Source of the DNA: Auanema rhodensis
Lineage: Eukaryota; Animalia; Nematoda
Assembly: GCA_964057225.1 (NCBI GenBank)
Contig: OZ059895.1
Location: 9,486,001 to 9,550,000, forward strand
Direction: 5' to 3'
DNA: 64,000 nt
Shown here: positions 18,101 to 33,800 of the stretch, piece by piece
Position numbering within the stretch: position 1 is the first letter of the stretch
How the letters are laid out: the number at the start of each line of letters is the position of its first letter
Notes under the pieces: generated by a model
Databases searched by the model: none
Seen by the model: the letters and a program-made list of their open reading frames with translations, nothing else
What the model was told of the DNA's origin: nothing
Program-made: the position numbers and the translations under genes

Positions 18101-21100
18101 ATTGCTTGGAAAATATAAATCAGTTTCATGTTTCAGTTTTTGAGCATCACAATATTGAAATTTAAATGTTTTTTAATGATTAAAAATTTAAAAAATGAAA
18201 TTATGAAATAATGGTAGAAATATAAAATTGTTTAAAATATGGAATTAAATAAAATAGATGGAGTGAAATTGCTTGGAAAATATGAATCAGTTTCATGTTT
18301 CAGTTTTTGAGCATCACAATATTGAAATTTAAATGTTTTTTAATGATTAAAAATTTAAAAAATGAAATTATGAAATAGTGGTAGAAATATAAAATTGTTT
18401 AAAATATGGAATTAAATAAAATAGATGGAGTGAAATTGCTTGGAAAATATAAATCAGTTTCATGTTTCAGTTTTTGAGCATCACAATATTGAAATTTAAA
18501 TGTTTTTTAATGATTAAGAATTTAAAAAATGAAATTATGAAATAGTGGTAGAAATATAAAACTGTTTAAAATATGGAATTAAATAAAATAGATGGAGTGA
18601 AATTGCTTGGAAAATATAAATCAGTTTCATGTTTCAATTTTTGAGCATCACAATATTGAAATTTAAATGTTTTTTAATGATTAAAAATTTAAAAAATGAA
18701 ATTATGAAATAGTGGTAGAAATATAAAATTGTTTAAAATATGGAATTAAATAAAATAGATGGAGTGAACTTGCTTGGAAAATATAAATCAGTTTCATGTT
18801 TAAATTTTTGAGCATCACAATATTGAAATTTAAATGTTTTTTAATGATTAAAAATCTAAAAAATGAAATTATGAAATAGTGGTAGAAATATAAAATTGTT
18901 TAAAATATGGAATTAAATAAAATAGATGGAGTGAAATTGCTTGGAAAATATGAGTCAGTTTCATGTTTCAGTTTTTGAGCATCACAATATTGAAATTTGA
19001 ATGTTTTTTTAATGATTAAAAATTTAAAAAATGAAATTATGAAATAGTGGTAGAAATATAAAATTGTTCAAAATATGGAATTGAATAAAATAGATGAAGT
19101 TAACTTGCTTGGAAAATATAAATCAGTTTCATGTTTCAGTTTTTGAGCATCACAATATTAAAATTAGAATGTTTTTTTAATGATTAAAAATTCAAAAAAT
19201 GAAATTATGAAATAGTGGTAGAAATATAAAATTGTTTAAAATATGGAATTAAATAAAATAGATGGAGTGAAATTGCTTGGAAAATATAAATCAGTTTCAT
19301 GTTTCAGTTTTTGAGCATCACAATATTGAAATTTAAATGTTTTTTAATGATTAAAAATCTAAAAAATGAAATTATGAAATAGTGGTAGAAATATAAAATT
19401 GTTTAAAATATGGAATTAAATAAAATAGATGGAGTGAAATTGCTTGGAAAATATGAATCAGTTTCATGTTTCAGTTTTTGAGCATCACAATATTGAAATT
19501 TGAATGTTTTTTTAATGATTAAAAATTTAAAAAATGAAATTATGAAATAGTGGTAGAAATATAAAATTGTTTAAAATATGGAATTAAATAAAATAGATGG
19601 AGTGAAATTGCTTGGAAAATATAAATCAGTTTCATGTTTCAGTTTTTGAGCATCACAATATTGAAATTTAAATGTTTTTTAATGATTAAAAATCTAAAAA
19701 ATGAAATTATGAAATAGTGGTAGAAATATAAAATTGTTTAAAATATGGAATTAAATAAAATAGATGGAGTGAAATTGCTTGGAAAATATAAATCAGTTTC
19801 ATGTTTCAGTTTTTGAGCATCACAATATTGAAATTTAAATGTTTTTTAATGATTAAAAATTTAAGAAATGAAATTATGAAATAATGGTAGAAATATAAAA
19901 TTGTTTAAAATATGGAATTAAATAAAATAGATGGAGTGAAATTGCTTGGAAAATATGAATCAGTTTCATGTTTCAGTTTTTGAGCATCACAATATTGAAA
20001 TTTGAATGTTTTTTTAATGATTAAAAATTTAAAAAATGAAATTATGAAATAGTGGTAGAAATATAAAATTGTTTAAAATATGGAATTAAATAAAATAGAT
20101 GGAGTGAAATTGCTTGGAAAATATAAATCTGTTTCATGTTTCAGTTTTTGAGCATCACAATATTGAAATTTGAATGTTTTTTTAATGATTAAGAATTTAA
20201 AAAATGAAATTATGAAATAGTGGTAGAAATATAAAATTGTTTAAAATATGGAATTAAATAAAATAGATGAAGTGAACTTGCTTGGAAAATATAAATCTGT
20301 TTCATGTTTCAATTTTTGAGCATCACAATATTGAAATTTAAATGTTTTTTGATGATTAAAAATTTAAAAAATGAAATTATGAAATAGTGGTAGAAATATA
20401 AAATTGTTTAAAATATGGAATTAAATAAAATAGATGGAGTGAAATTGCTTGGAAAATATAAATCAGTTTCATGTTTCAGTTTTTGAGCATCACAATATTG
20501 AAATTTAAATGTTTTTTAATGATTAAAAATTTAAAAAATGAAATTATGAAATAATGGTAGAAATATAAAATTGTTTAAAATATGGAATTAAATAAAATAG
20601 ATGAAGTGAACTTGCTCGGAAAATATAAATCTGTTTCATGTTTCAATTTTTGAGCATCACAATATTGAAATTTAAATGTTTTTTGATGATTAAAAATTTA
20701 AAAAATGAAATTATGAAATAGTGGTAGAGATATAAAATTGTTTAAAATATGGAATTAAATAAAATAGATGGAGTGAAATTGCTTGGAAAATATAAATCAG
20801 TTTCATGTTTCAGTTTTTGAGCATCACAATATTGAAATTTAAATGTTTTTTAATGATTAAAAATTTAAAAAATGAAATTATGAAATAATGGTAGAAATAT
20901 AAAATTGTTTAAAATATGGAATTAAATAAAATAGATGGAGTGAAATTGCTTGGAAAATATAAATCAGTTTCATGTTTCAGTTTTTGAGCATCACAATATT
21001 GAAATTTAAATGTTTTTTAATGATTAAAAATTTAAAAAATGAAATTATGAAATAGTGGTAGAAATATAAAATTGTTTAAAATATGGAATTAAATAAAATA

Positions 21101-21899
21101 GATGGAGTGAAATTGCTTGGAAAATATAAATCAGATTCATGTTTCAGTTTTTAAGCATCACAATATTGAAATTTGAATGTTTTTTTAATGATTAAAAATT
21201 TAAAAAATGAAATTATGAAATAGTGGTAGAAATATAAAATTGTTTAAAATATGGAATTAAATAAAATAGATGGAGTGAAATTGCTTGGAAAATATAAATC
21301 AGTTTCATGTTTCAATTTTTGAGCATCACAATATTGAAATTTAAATGTTTTTTAATGATTAAAAATTTAAAAAATGAAATTATGAAATAGTGGTAGAAAT
21401 ATAAAATTGTTTAAAATATGGAATTAAATAAAATAGATGGAGTGAAATTGCTTGGAAAATATAAATCAGTTTCATGTTTCAATTTTTGAGCATCACAATA
21501 TTGAAATTTAAATGTTTTTTAATGATTAAAAATTTAAAAAATGAAATTATGAAATAGTGGTAGAAATATAAAATTGTTTAAAATATGGAATTAAATAAAT
21601 TAGATGGAGTGAAATTGCTTGGAAAATATAAATCAGTTTCATGTTTCAGTTCTTGAGCATCACAATATTGAAATTTAAATGTTTTTTAATGATTAAAAAT
21701 TTAAAAAATGAAATTATGAAATAGTGGTAGAAATATAAAATTGTTTAAAATATGGAATTAAATAAATTAGATGGAGTGAAATTGCTTGGAAAATATAAAT
21801 CAGTTTCATGTTTCAGTTCTTGAGCATCACAATATTGAAATTTAAATGTTTTTTAATGATTAAAAATTTAAAAAATGAAATTATGAAATAGTGGTAGAA

Positions 21900-24800
21900 A
21901 TATAAAATTGTTTGAAATATGGAATTAAATAAAATAGATGGAGTGAAATTGCTTGGAAAATATGAATCAGTTTCATGTTTCAGTTTTTGAGCATCACAAT
22001 ATTGAAATTTGAATGTTTTTTTAATGATTAAAAATTTAAAAAATGAAATTATGAAATAGTGGTAGAAATATAAAATTGTTTAAAATATGGAATTAAATAA
22101 AATAGATGGAGTGAAATTGCTTGGGAAATATAAATCAGTTCCATGTTTCAATTTTTGAGCATCACAATATTGAAATTTAAATGTTTTTTAATGATTAAAA
22201 ATTTAAAAAATGAAATTATGAAATAGTGGTAGAAATATAAAATTGTTTAAAAAATATGGAATTAAATAAAATAAATGGAGTGAAATTGCTTGTAAAATAT
22301 AAATCATTTTCATGTTTCAGTTTTTAAGCATCACAATATTGAAATTTGAATGTTTTTTTAATGATTAAAAATTTAAAAAATGAAATTATGAAATAGTGGT
22401 AGAAATATAAAATTGTTTAAAATATGGAATTAAATAAAATAGATGGAGTGAAATTGCTTGGGAAATATAAATCAGTTCCATGTTTCAATTTTTGTGCATC
22501 ACAATATTGAAATTTGAATGTTTTTTAATGATTAAAAATTTAAAAAATGAAATTATGAAATAGTGGTAGAAATATAAAATTGTTTAAAAAATATGGAATT
22601 AAATAAAATAGATGGAGTGAAATTGCTTGTAAAATATAAATCGGTTTCATGTTTCAATTTTTGAGCATCACAATATTGAAATTTGAATGTTTTTTAATGA
22701 TTAAAAATTTAAAAAATGAAATTATGAAATAGTGGTAGAAATATAAAATTGTTTAAAATATGGAATTAAATAAAATAGATGGAGTGAAATTGCTTGGGAA
22801 ATATAAATCAGTTCCATGTTTCAATTTTTGAGCATCACAATATTGAAATTTAAATGTTTTTTAATGATTAAAAATTTAAAAAATGAAATTATGAAATAGT
22901 GGTAGAAATATAAAATTGTTTAAAAAATATGGAATTAAATAAAATAGATGGAGTGAAATTGCTTGTAAAATATAAATCATTTTCGAATAAAATAGATGAA
23001 GTGAACTTGCTTGGAAAATATAAATCAGTTTCATGTTTTAGTTTTTGAGCATCACAATATTGAAATTTAAATGTTTTTTAATGATTAAAAATTTAAAAAA
23101 TGAAATTATGAAATAGTGGTAGAAATATAAAATTGTTTAAAATATGGAATTAAATAAAATAGATGGAGTGAAATTGCTTGGGAAATATAAATCAGTTCCA
23201 TGTTTCAATTTTTGAGCATCACAATATTGAAATTTGAATGTTTTTTAATGATTAAAAATTTAAAAAATGAAATTATGAAATAGTGGTAGAAATATAAAAT
23301 TGTTTAAAAAATATGGAATTAAATAAAATAGATGGAGTGAAATTGCTTGTAAAATATAAATCATTTTCGAATAAAATAGATGAAGTGAACTTGCTTGGAA
23401 AATATAAATCAGTTTCATGTTTTAGTTTTTGAGCATCACAATATTGAAATTTAAATGTTTTTTAATGATGAAAAATTTAAAAAATGAAATTATGAAATAG
23501 TGGTAGAAATATAAAATTGTTTAAAATATGGAATTAAATAAAATAGATGAAGTGAACTTGCTTGGAAAATATAAATCAGTTTCATGTTTCAGTTTTTGAG
23601 CATCACAATATTGAAATTTAAATATTTTTTAATGATTAAAAATTTAAAAAATGAAATTATGAAATAGTGGTAGAAATATAAAAATGTTTAAAATATGGAA
23701 TTAAATAAAATAGATGGAGTGAAATTGCTTGGAAAATATAAATCAGTTTCATGTTTCAGTTTTTGAGCATCACAATATTGAAATTTGAATGTTTTTTAAT
23801 GATTAAAAATTTAAAAAATGAATTTATGAAATAATGGTAGAAATATAAAATTGTTTAAAATATGGAATTAAATAAAATAGATGAAGTGAACTTGCTTGGA
23901 AAATATAAATCAGTTTCATGTTTCAGTTTTTGAGCATCACAATATTGAAATTTAAATGTTTTTTAATGATTAAAAATCTAAAAAACGAAATTATGAAATA
24001 GTGGTAGAAATATAAAATTGTTTAAAATATGGAATTGAATAAAATAGATGAAGTGAAATTGCTTGGAAAATATAAATTAGTTTCATGTTTTAGTTTTTGA
24101 GCATCACAATATTGAAATTTGAATGTTTTTTAATGATTAAAAATTTAAAAAATGAATTTATGAAATAATGGTAGAAATATAAAATTGTTTAAAATATGGA
24201 ATTAAATAAAATAGATGAAGTGAACTTGCTTGGAAAATATAAATCAGTTTCATGTTTTAGTTTTTGAGCATCACAATATTGAAATTTAAATATTTTTTAA
24301 AGATTAAAAATTTAAAAAATGAAATTATGAAATAGTGGTAGAAATATAAAATTGTTTAAAATATGGAATTAAATAAAATAGATGGAGTGAAATTGCTTGG
24401 GAAATATAAATCAGTTCCATGTTTCAATTTTTGAGCATCACAATATTGAAATTTGAATGTTTTTTAATGATTAAAAATTCAAAAAATGAAATTATGAAAT
24501 AGTGGTAGAAATATAAAATTGTTTAAAAAATATGGAATTAAATAAAATAGATGGAGTGAAATTGCTTGTAAAATATAAATCATTTTCGAATAAAATAGAT
24601 GAAGTGAACTTGCTTGGAAAATATAAATCAGTTTCATGTTTCAGTTTTTGAGCATCACAATATTGAAATTTAAATGTTTTTTAATGATTAAAAATTTAAA
24701 AAATGGAATTATGAAATAGTGGTAGAAATATAAAATTGTTTAAAATATGGAATTAAATAAAATAGATGGAGTGAAATTGCTTGGAAAATATAAATCAGTT

Positions 24801-27800
24801 TCATGTTTCAGTTTTTAAGCATCACAATATTGAAATTTGAATGTTTTTTTAATGATTAAAAATTTAAAAAATGAAATTATGAAATAGTGGTAGAAATATA
24901 AAATTGTTTAAAATATGGAATTAAATAAAATAGATGGAGTGAAATTGCTTGGAAAATATAAATCAGTTTCATGTTTCAATTTTTGAGCATCACAATATTG
25001 AAATTTAAATGTTTTTTAATGATTAAAAATTTAAAAAATGAAATTATGAAATAGTGGTAGAAATATAAAATTGTTTAAAAAATATGGAATTAAATAAAAT
25101 AGATGGAGTGAAATTGCTTGTAAAATATAAATCATTTTCGAATAAAATAGATGAAGTGAACTTGCTTGGAAAATATAAATCAGTTTCATGTTTTAGTTTT
25201 TGAGCATCACAATATTGAAATTTAAATGTTTTTTAATGATTAAAAATTTAAAAAATGAAATTATGAAATAGTGGTAGAAATATAAAATTGTTTAAAATAT
25301 GGAATTAAATAAAATAGATGGAGTGAAATTGCTTGGGAAATATAAATCAGTTCCATGTTTCAATTTTTGAGCATCACAATATTGAAATTTGAATGTTTTT
25401 TAATGATTAAAAATTTAAAAAATGAAATTATGAAATAGTGGTAGAAATATAAAATTGTTTAAAAAATATGGAATTAAATAAAATAGATGGAGTGAAATTG
25501 CTTGTAAAATATAAATCATTTTCGAATAAAATAGATGAAGTGAACTTGCTTGGAAAATATAAATCAGTTTCATGTTTTAGTTTTTGAGCATCACAATATT
25601 GAAATTTAAATGTTTTTTAATGATGAAAAATTTAAAAAATGAAATTATGAAATAGTGGTAGAAATATAAAATTGTTTAAAATATGGAATTAAATAAAATA
25701 GATGAAGTGAACTTGCTTGGAAAATATAAATCAGTTTCATGTTTCAGTTTTTGAGCATCACAATATTGAAATTTAAATATTTTTTAATGATTAAAAATTT
25801 AAAAAATGAAATTATGAAATAGTGGTAGAAATATAAAAATGTTTAAAATATGGAATTAAATAAAATAGATGGAGTGAAATTGCTTGGAAAATATAAATCA
25901 GTTTCATGTTTCAGTTTTTGAGCATCACAATATTGAAATTTGAATGTTTTTTAATGATTAAAAATTTAAAAAATGAATTTATGAAATAATGGTAGAAATA
26001 TAAAATTGTTTAAAATATGGAATTAAATAAAATAGATGAAGTGAACTTGCTTGGAAAATATAAATCAGTTTCATGTTTCAGTTTTTGAGCATCACAATAT
26101 TGAAATTTAAATGTTTTTTAATGATTAAAAATCTAAAAAACGAAATTATGAAATAGTGGTAGAAATATAAAATTGTTTAAAATATGGAATTGAATAAAAT
26201 AGATGAAGTGAAATTGCTTGGAAAATATAAATTAGTTTCATGTTTTAGTTTTTGAGCATCACAATATTGAAATTTGAATGTTTTTTAATGATTAAAAATT
26301 TAAAAAATGAATTTATGAAATAATGGTAGAAATATAAAATTGTTTAAAATATGGAATTAAATAAAATAGATGAAGTGAACTTGCTTGGAAAATATAAATC
26401 AGTTTCATGTTTTAGTTTTTGAGCATCACAATATTGAAATTTAAATATTTTTTAAAGATTAAAAATTTAAAAAATGAAATTATGAAATAGTGGTAGAAAT
26501 ATAAAATTGTTTAAAATATGGAATTAAATAAAATAGATGGAGTGAAATTGCTTGGGAAATATAAATCAGTTCCATGTTTCAATTTTTGAGCATCACAATA
26601 TTGAAATTTGAATGTTTTTTAATGATTAAAAATTCAAAAAATGAAATTATGAAATAGTGGTAGAAATATAAAATTGTTTAAAAAATATGGAATTAAATAA
26701 AATAGATGGAGTGAAATTGCTTGTAAAATATAAATCATTTTCGAATAAAATAGATGAAGTGAACTTGCTTGGAAAATATAAATCAGTTTCATGTTTCAGT
26801 TTTTGAGCATCACAATATTGAAATTTAAATGTTTTTTAATGATTAAAAATTTAAAAAATGGAATTATGAAATAGTGGTAGAAATATAAAATTGTTTAAAA
26901 TATGGAATTAAATAAAATAGATGGAGTGAAATTGCTTGGAAAATATAAATCAGTTTCATGTTTCAGTTTTTAAGCATCACAATATTGAAATTTGAATGTT
27001 TTTTTAATGATTAAAAATTTAAAAAATGAAATTATGAAATAGTGGTAGAAATATAAAATTGTTTAAAATATGGAATTAAATAAAATAGATGGAGTGAAAT
27101 TGCTTGGAAAATATAAATCAGTTTCATGTTTCAATTTTTGAGCATCACAATATTGAAATTTAAATGTTTTTTAATGATTAAAAATTTAAAAAATGAAATT
27201 ATGAAATAGTGGTAGAAATATAAAATTGTTTAAAATATGGAATTAAATAAATTAGATGGAGTGAAATTGCTTGGAAAATATAAATCAGTTTCATGTTTCA
27301 GTTCTTGAGCATCACAATATTGAAATTTAAATGTTTTTTAATGATTAAAAATTTAAAAAATGAAATTATGAAATAGTGGTAGAAATATAAAATTGTTTAA
27401 AATATGGAATTAAATAAAATAGATGGAGTGAAATTGCTTGGAAAATATGAATCAGTTTCATGTTTCAGTTTTTGAGCATCACAATATTGAAATTTGAATG
27501 TTTTTTTAATGATTAAAAATTTAAAAAATGAAATTATGAAATAGTGGTAGAAATATAAAATTGTTTAAAATATGGAATTAAATAAAATAGATGGAGTGAA
27601 ATTGCTTGGGAAATATAAATCAGTTCCATGTTTCAATTTTTGAGCATCACAATATTGAAATTTAAATGTTTTTTAATGATTAAAAATTTAAAAAATGAAA
27701 TTATGAAATAGTGGTAGAAATATAAAATTGTTTAAAAAATATGGAATTAAATAAAATAGATGGAGTGAAATTGCTTGTAAAATATAAATCATTTTCATGT

Positions 27801-30800
27801 TTCAGTTTTTAAGCATCACAATATTGAAATTTGAATGTTTTTTTAATGATTAAAAATTTAAAAAATGAAATTATGAAATAATGGTAGAAATATAAAATTG
27901 TTTAAAATATGGAATTAAATAAAATAGATGGAGTGAAATTGCTTGGGAAATATAAATCAGTTTCATGTTTTAGTTTTTGAGCATCACAATATTGAAATTT
28001 AAATATTTTTTAAAGATTAAAAATTTAAAAAATGAAATTATGAAATAGTGGTAGAAATATAAAATTGTTTAAAATATGGAATTAAATAAAATAGATGGAG
28101 TGAAATTGCTTGGGAAATATAAATCAGTTCCATGTTTCAATTTTTGAGCATCACAATATTGAAATTTGAATGTTTTTTAATGATTAAAAATTCAAAAAAT
28201 GAAATTATGAAATAGTGGTAGAAATATAAAATTGTTTAAAAAATATGGAATTAAATAAAATAGATGGAGTGAAATTGCTTGTAAAATATAAATCATTTTC
28301 GAATAAAATAGATGAAGTGAACTTGCTTGGAAAATATAAATCAGTTTCATGTTTCAGTTTTTGAGCATCACAATATTGAAATTTAAATGTTTTTTAATGA
28401 TTAAAAATTTAAAAAATGGAATTATGAAATAGTGGTAGAAATATAAAATTGTTTAAAATATGGAATTAAATAAAATAGATGGAGTGAAATTGCTTGGAAA
28501 ATATAAATCAGTTTCATGTTTCAGTTTTTAAGCATCACAATATTGAAATTTGAATGTTTTTTTAATGATTAAAAATTTAAAAAATGAAATTATGAAATAG
28601 TGGTAGAAATATAAAATTGTTTAAAATATGGAATTAAATAAAATAGATGGAGTGAAATTGCTTGGAAAATATAAATCAGTTTCATGTTTCAATTTTTGAG
28701 CATCACAATATTGAAATTTAAATGTTTTTTAATGATTAAAAATTTAAAAAATGAAATTATGAAATAGTGGTAGAAATATAAAATTGTTTAAAATATGGAA
28801 TTAAATAAATTAGATGGAGTGAAATTGCTTGGAAAATATAAATCAGTTTCATGTTTCAGTTCTTGAGCATCAAAATATTGAAATTTAAATGTTTTTTAAT
28901 GATTAAAAATTTAAAAAATGAAATTATGAAATAGTGGTAGAAATATAAAATTGTTTAAAATATGGAATTAAATAAAATAGATGGAGTGAAATTGCTTGGA
29001 AAATATGAATCAGTTTCATGTTTCAGTTTTTGAGCATCACAATATTGAAATTTGAATGTTTTTTTAATGATTAAAAATTTAAAAAATGAAATTATGAAAT
29101 AGTGGTAGAAATATAAAATTGTTTAAAATATGGAATTAAATAAAATAGATGGAGTGAAATTGCTTGGGAAATATAAATCAGTTCCATGTTTCAATTTTTG
29201 AGCATCACAATATTGAAATTTAAATGTTTTTTAATGATTAAAAATTTAAAAAATGAAATTATGAAATAGTGGTAGAAATATAAAATTGTTTAAAAAATAT
29301 GGAATTAAATAAAATAGATGGAGTGAAATTGCTTGTAAAATATAAATCATTTTCATGTTTCAGTTTTTAAGCATCACAATATTGAAATTTGAATGTTTTT
29401 TTAATGATTAAAAATTTAAAAAATGAAATTATGAAATAGTGGTAGAAATATAAAATTGTTTAAAATATGGAATTAAATAAAATAGATGGAGTGAAATTGC
29501 TTGGGAAATATAAATCAGTTCCATGTTTCAATTTTTGAGCATCACAATATTGAAATTTGAATGTTTTTTAATGATTAAAAATTTAAAAAATGAAATTATG
29601 AAATAGTGGTAGAAATATAAAATTGTTTAAAAAATATGGAATTAAATAAAATAGATGGAGTGAAATTGCTTGTAAAATATAAATCGGTTTCATGTTTCAA
29701 TTTTTGAGCATCACAATATTGAAATTTGAATGTTTTTTAATGATTAAAAATTTAAAAAATGAAATTATGAAATAGTGGTAGAAATATAAAATTGTTTAAA
29801 ATATGGAATTAAATAAAATAGATGGAGTGAAATTGCTTGGGAAATATAAATCAGTTCCATGTTTCAATTTTTGAGCATCATAATATTGAAATTTGAATGT
29901 TTTTTAATGATTAAAAATTTAAAAAATGAAATTATGAAATAGTGGTAGAAATATAAAATTGTTTAAAAAATATGGAATTAAATAAAATAGATGGAGTGAA
30001 ATTGCTTGTAAAATATAAATCATTTTCGAATAAAATAGATGAAGTGAACTTGCTTGGAAAATATAAATCAGTTTCATGTTTTAGTTTTTGAGCATCACAA
30101 TATTGAAATTTAAATGTTTTTTAATGATTAAAAATTTAAAAAATGAAATTATGAAATAGTGGTAGAAATATAAAATTGTTTAAAATATGGAATTAAATAA
30201 AATAGATGGAGTGAAATTGCTTGGGAAATATAAATCAGTTCCATGTTTCAATTTTTGAGCATCACAATATTGAAATTTGAATGTTTTTTAATGATTAAAA
30301 ATTTAAAAAATGAAATTATGAAATAGTGGTAGAAATATAAAATTGTTTAAAAAATATGGAATTAAATAAAATAGATGGAGTGAAATTGCTTGTAAAATAT
30401 AAATCATTTTCGAATAAAATAGATGAAGTGAACTTGCTTGGAAAATATAAATCAGTTTCATGTTTTAGTTTTTGAGCATCACAATATTGAAATTTAAATG
30501 TTTTTTAATGATGAAAAATTTAAAAAATGAAATTATGAAATAGTGGTAGAAATATAAAATTGTTTAAAATATGGAATTAAATAAAATAGATGAAGTGAAC
30601 TTGCTTGGAAAATATAAATCAGTTTCATGTTTCAGTTTTTGAGCATCACAATATTGAAATTTAAATATTTTTTAATGATTAAAAATTTAAAAAATGAAAT
30701 TATGAAATAGTGGTAGAAATATAAAAATGTTTAAAATATGGAATTAAATAAAATAGATGGAGTGAAATTGCTTGGAAAATATAAATCAGTTTCATGTTTC

Positions 30801-33800
30801 AGTTTTTGAGCATCACAATATTGAAATTTGAATGTTTTTTAATGATTAAAAATTTAAAAAATGAATTTATGAAATAATGGTAGAAATATAAAATTGTTTA
30901 AAATATGGAATTAAATAAAATAGATGAAGTGAACTTGCTTGGAAAATATAAATCAGTTTCATGTTTCAGTTTTTGAGCATCACAATATTGAAATTTAAAT
31001 GTTTTTTAATGATTAAAAATCTAAAAAACGAAATTATGAAATAGTGGTAGAAATATAAAATTGTTTAAAATATGGAATTGAATAAAATAGATGAAGTGAA
31101 ATTGCTTGGAAAATATAAATTAGTTTCATGTTTTAGTTTTTGAGCATCACAATATTGAAATTTGAATGTTTTTTAATGATTAAAAATTTAAAAAATGAAT
31201 TTATGAAATAATGGTAGAAATATAAAATTGTTTAAAATATGGAATTAAATAAAATAGATGAAGTGAACTTGCTTGGAAAATATAAATCAGTTTCATGTTT
31301 TAGTTTTTGAGCATCACAATATTGAAATTTAAATATTTTTTAAAGATTAAAAATTTAAAAAATGAAATTATGAAATAGTGGTAGAAATATAAAATTGTTT
31401 AAAATATGGAATTAAATAAAATAGATGGAGTGAAATTGCTTGGGAAATATAAATCAGTTCCATGTTTCAATTTTTGAGCATCACAATATTGAAATTTGAA
31501 TGTTTTTTAATGATTAAAAATTCAAAAAATGAAATTATGAAATAGTGGTAGAAATATAAAATTGTTTAAAAAATATGGAATTAAATAAAATAGATGGAGT
31601 GAAATTGCTTGTAAAATATAAATCATTTTCGAATAAAATAGATGAAGTGAACTTGCTTGGAAAATATAAATCAGTTTCATGTTTCAGTTTTTGAGCATCA
31701 CAATATTGAAATTTAAATGTTTTTTAATGATTAAAAATTTAAAAAATGGAATTATGAAATAGTGGTAGAAATATAAAATTGTTTAAAATATGGAATTAAA
31801 TAAAATAGATGGAGTGAAATTGCTTGGAAAATATAAATCAGTTTCATGTTTCAGTTTTTAAGCATCACAATATTGAAATTTGAATGTTTTTTTAATGATT
31901 AAAAATTTAAAAAATGAAATTATGAAATAGTGGTAGAAATATAAAATTGTTTAAAATATGGAATTAAATAAAATAGATGGAGTGAAATTGCTTGGAAAAT
32001 ATAAATCAGTTTCATGTTTCAATTTTTGAGCATCACAATATTGAAATTTAAATGTTTTTTAATGATTAAAAATTTAAAAAATGAAATTATGAAATAGTGG
32101 TAGAAATATAAAATTGTTTAAAATATGGAATTAAATAAATTAGATGGAGTGAAATTGCTTGGAAAATATAAATCAGTTTCATGTTTCAGTTCTTGAGCAT
32201 CACAATATTGAAATTTAAATGTTTTTTAATGATTAAAAATTTAAAAAATGAAATTATGAAATAGTGGTAGAAATATAAAATTGTTTAAAATATGGAATTA
32301 AATAAAATAGATGGAGTGAAATTGCTTGGAAAATATGAATCAGTTTCATGTTTCAGTTTTTGAGCATCACAATATTGAAATTTGAATGTTTTTTTAATGA
32401 TTAAAAATTTAAAAAATGAAATTATGAAATAGTGGTAGAAATATAAAATTGTTTAAAATATGGAATTAAATAAAATAGATGGAGTGAAATTGCTTGGGAA
32501 ATATAAATCAGTTCCATGTTTCAATTTTTGAGCATCACAATATTGAAATTTAAATGTTTTTTAATGATTAAAAATTTAAAAAATGAAATTATGAAATAGT
32601 GGTAGAAATATAAAAATGTTTAAAAAATATGGAATTAAATAAAATAGATGGAGTGAAATTGCTTGTAAAATATAAATCATTTTCATGTTTCAGTTTTTAA
32701 GCATCACAATATTGAAATTTGAATGTTTTTTTAATGATTAAAAATTTAAAAAATGAAATTATGAAATAATGGTAGAAATATAAAATTGTTTAAAATATGG
32801 AATTAAATAAAATAGATGGAGTGAAATTGCTTGGGAAATATAAATCAGTTTCATGTTTTAGTTTTTGAGCATCACAATATTGAAATTTAAATATTTTTTA
32901 AAGATTAAAAATTTAAAAAATGAAATTATGAAATAGTGGTAGAAATATAAAATTGTTTAAAATATGGAATTAAATAAAATAGATGGAGTGAAATTGCTTG
33001 GGAAATATAAATCAGTTCCATGTTTCAATTTTTGAGCATCACAATATTGAAATTTGAATGTTTTTTAATGATTAAAAATTCAAAAAATGAAATTATGAAA
33101 TAGTGGTAGAAATATAAAATTGTTTAAAAAATATGGAATTAAATAAAATAGATGGAGTGAAATTGCTTGTAAAATATAAATCATTTTCGAATAAAATAGA
33201 TGAAGTGAACTTGCTTGGAAAATATAAATCAGTTTCATGTTTCAGTTTTTGAGCATCACAATATTGAAATTTAAATGTTTTTTAATGATTAAAAATTTAA
33301 AAAATGGAATTATGAAATAGTGGTAGAAATATAAAATTGTTTAAAATATGGAATTAAATAAAATAGATGGAGTGAAATTGCTTGGAAAATATAAATCAGT
33401 TTCATGTTTCAGTTTTTAAGCATCACAATATTGAAATTTGAATGTTTTTTTAATGATTAAAAATTTAAAAAATGAAATTATGAAATAGTGGTAGAAATAT
33501 AAAATTGTTTAAAATATGGAATTAAATAAAATAGATGGAGTGAAATTGCTTGGAAAATATGAATCAGTTTCATGTTTCAGTTTTTGAGCATCACAATATT
33601 GAAATTTGAATGTTTTTTTAATGATTAAAAATTTAAAAAATGAAATTATGAAATAGTGGTAGAAATATAAAATTGTTTAAAATATGGAATTAAATAAAAT
33701 AGATGGAGTGAAATTGCTTGGGAAATATAAATCAGTTCCATGTTTCAATTTTTGAGCATCACAATATTGAAATTTAAATGTTTTTTAATGATTAAAAATT

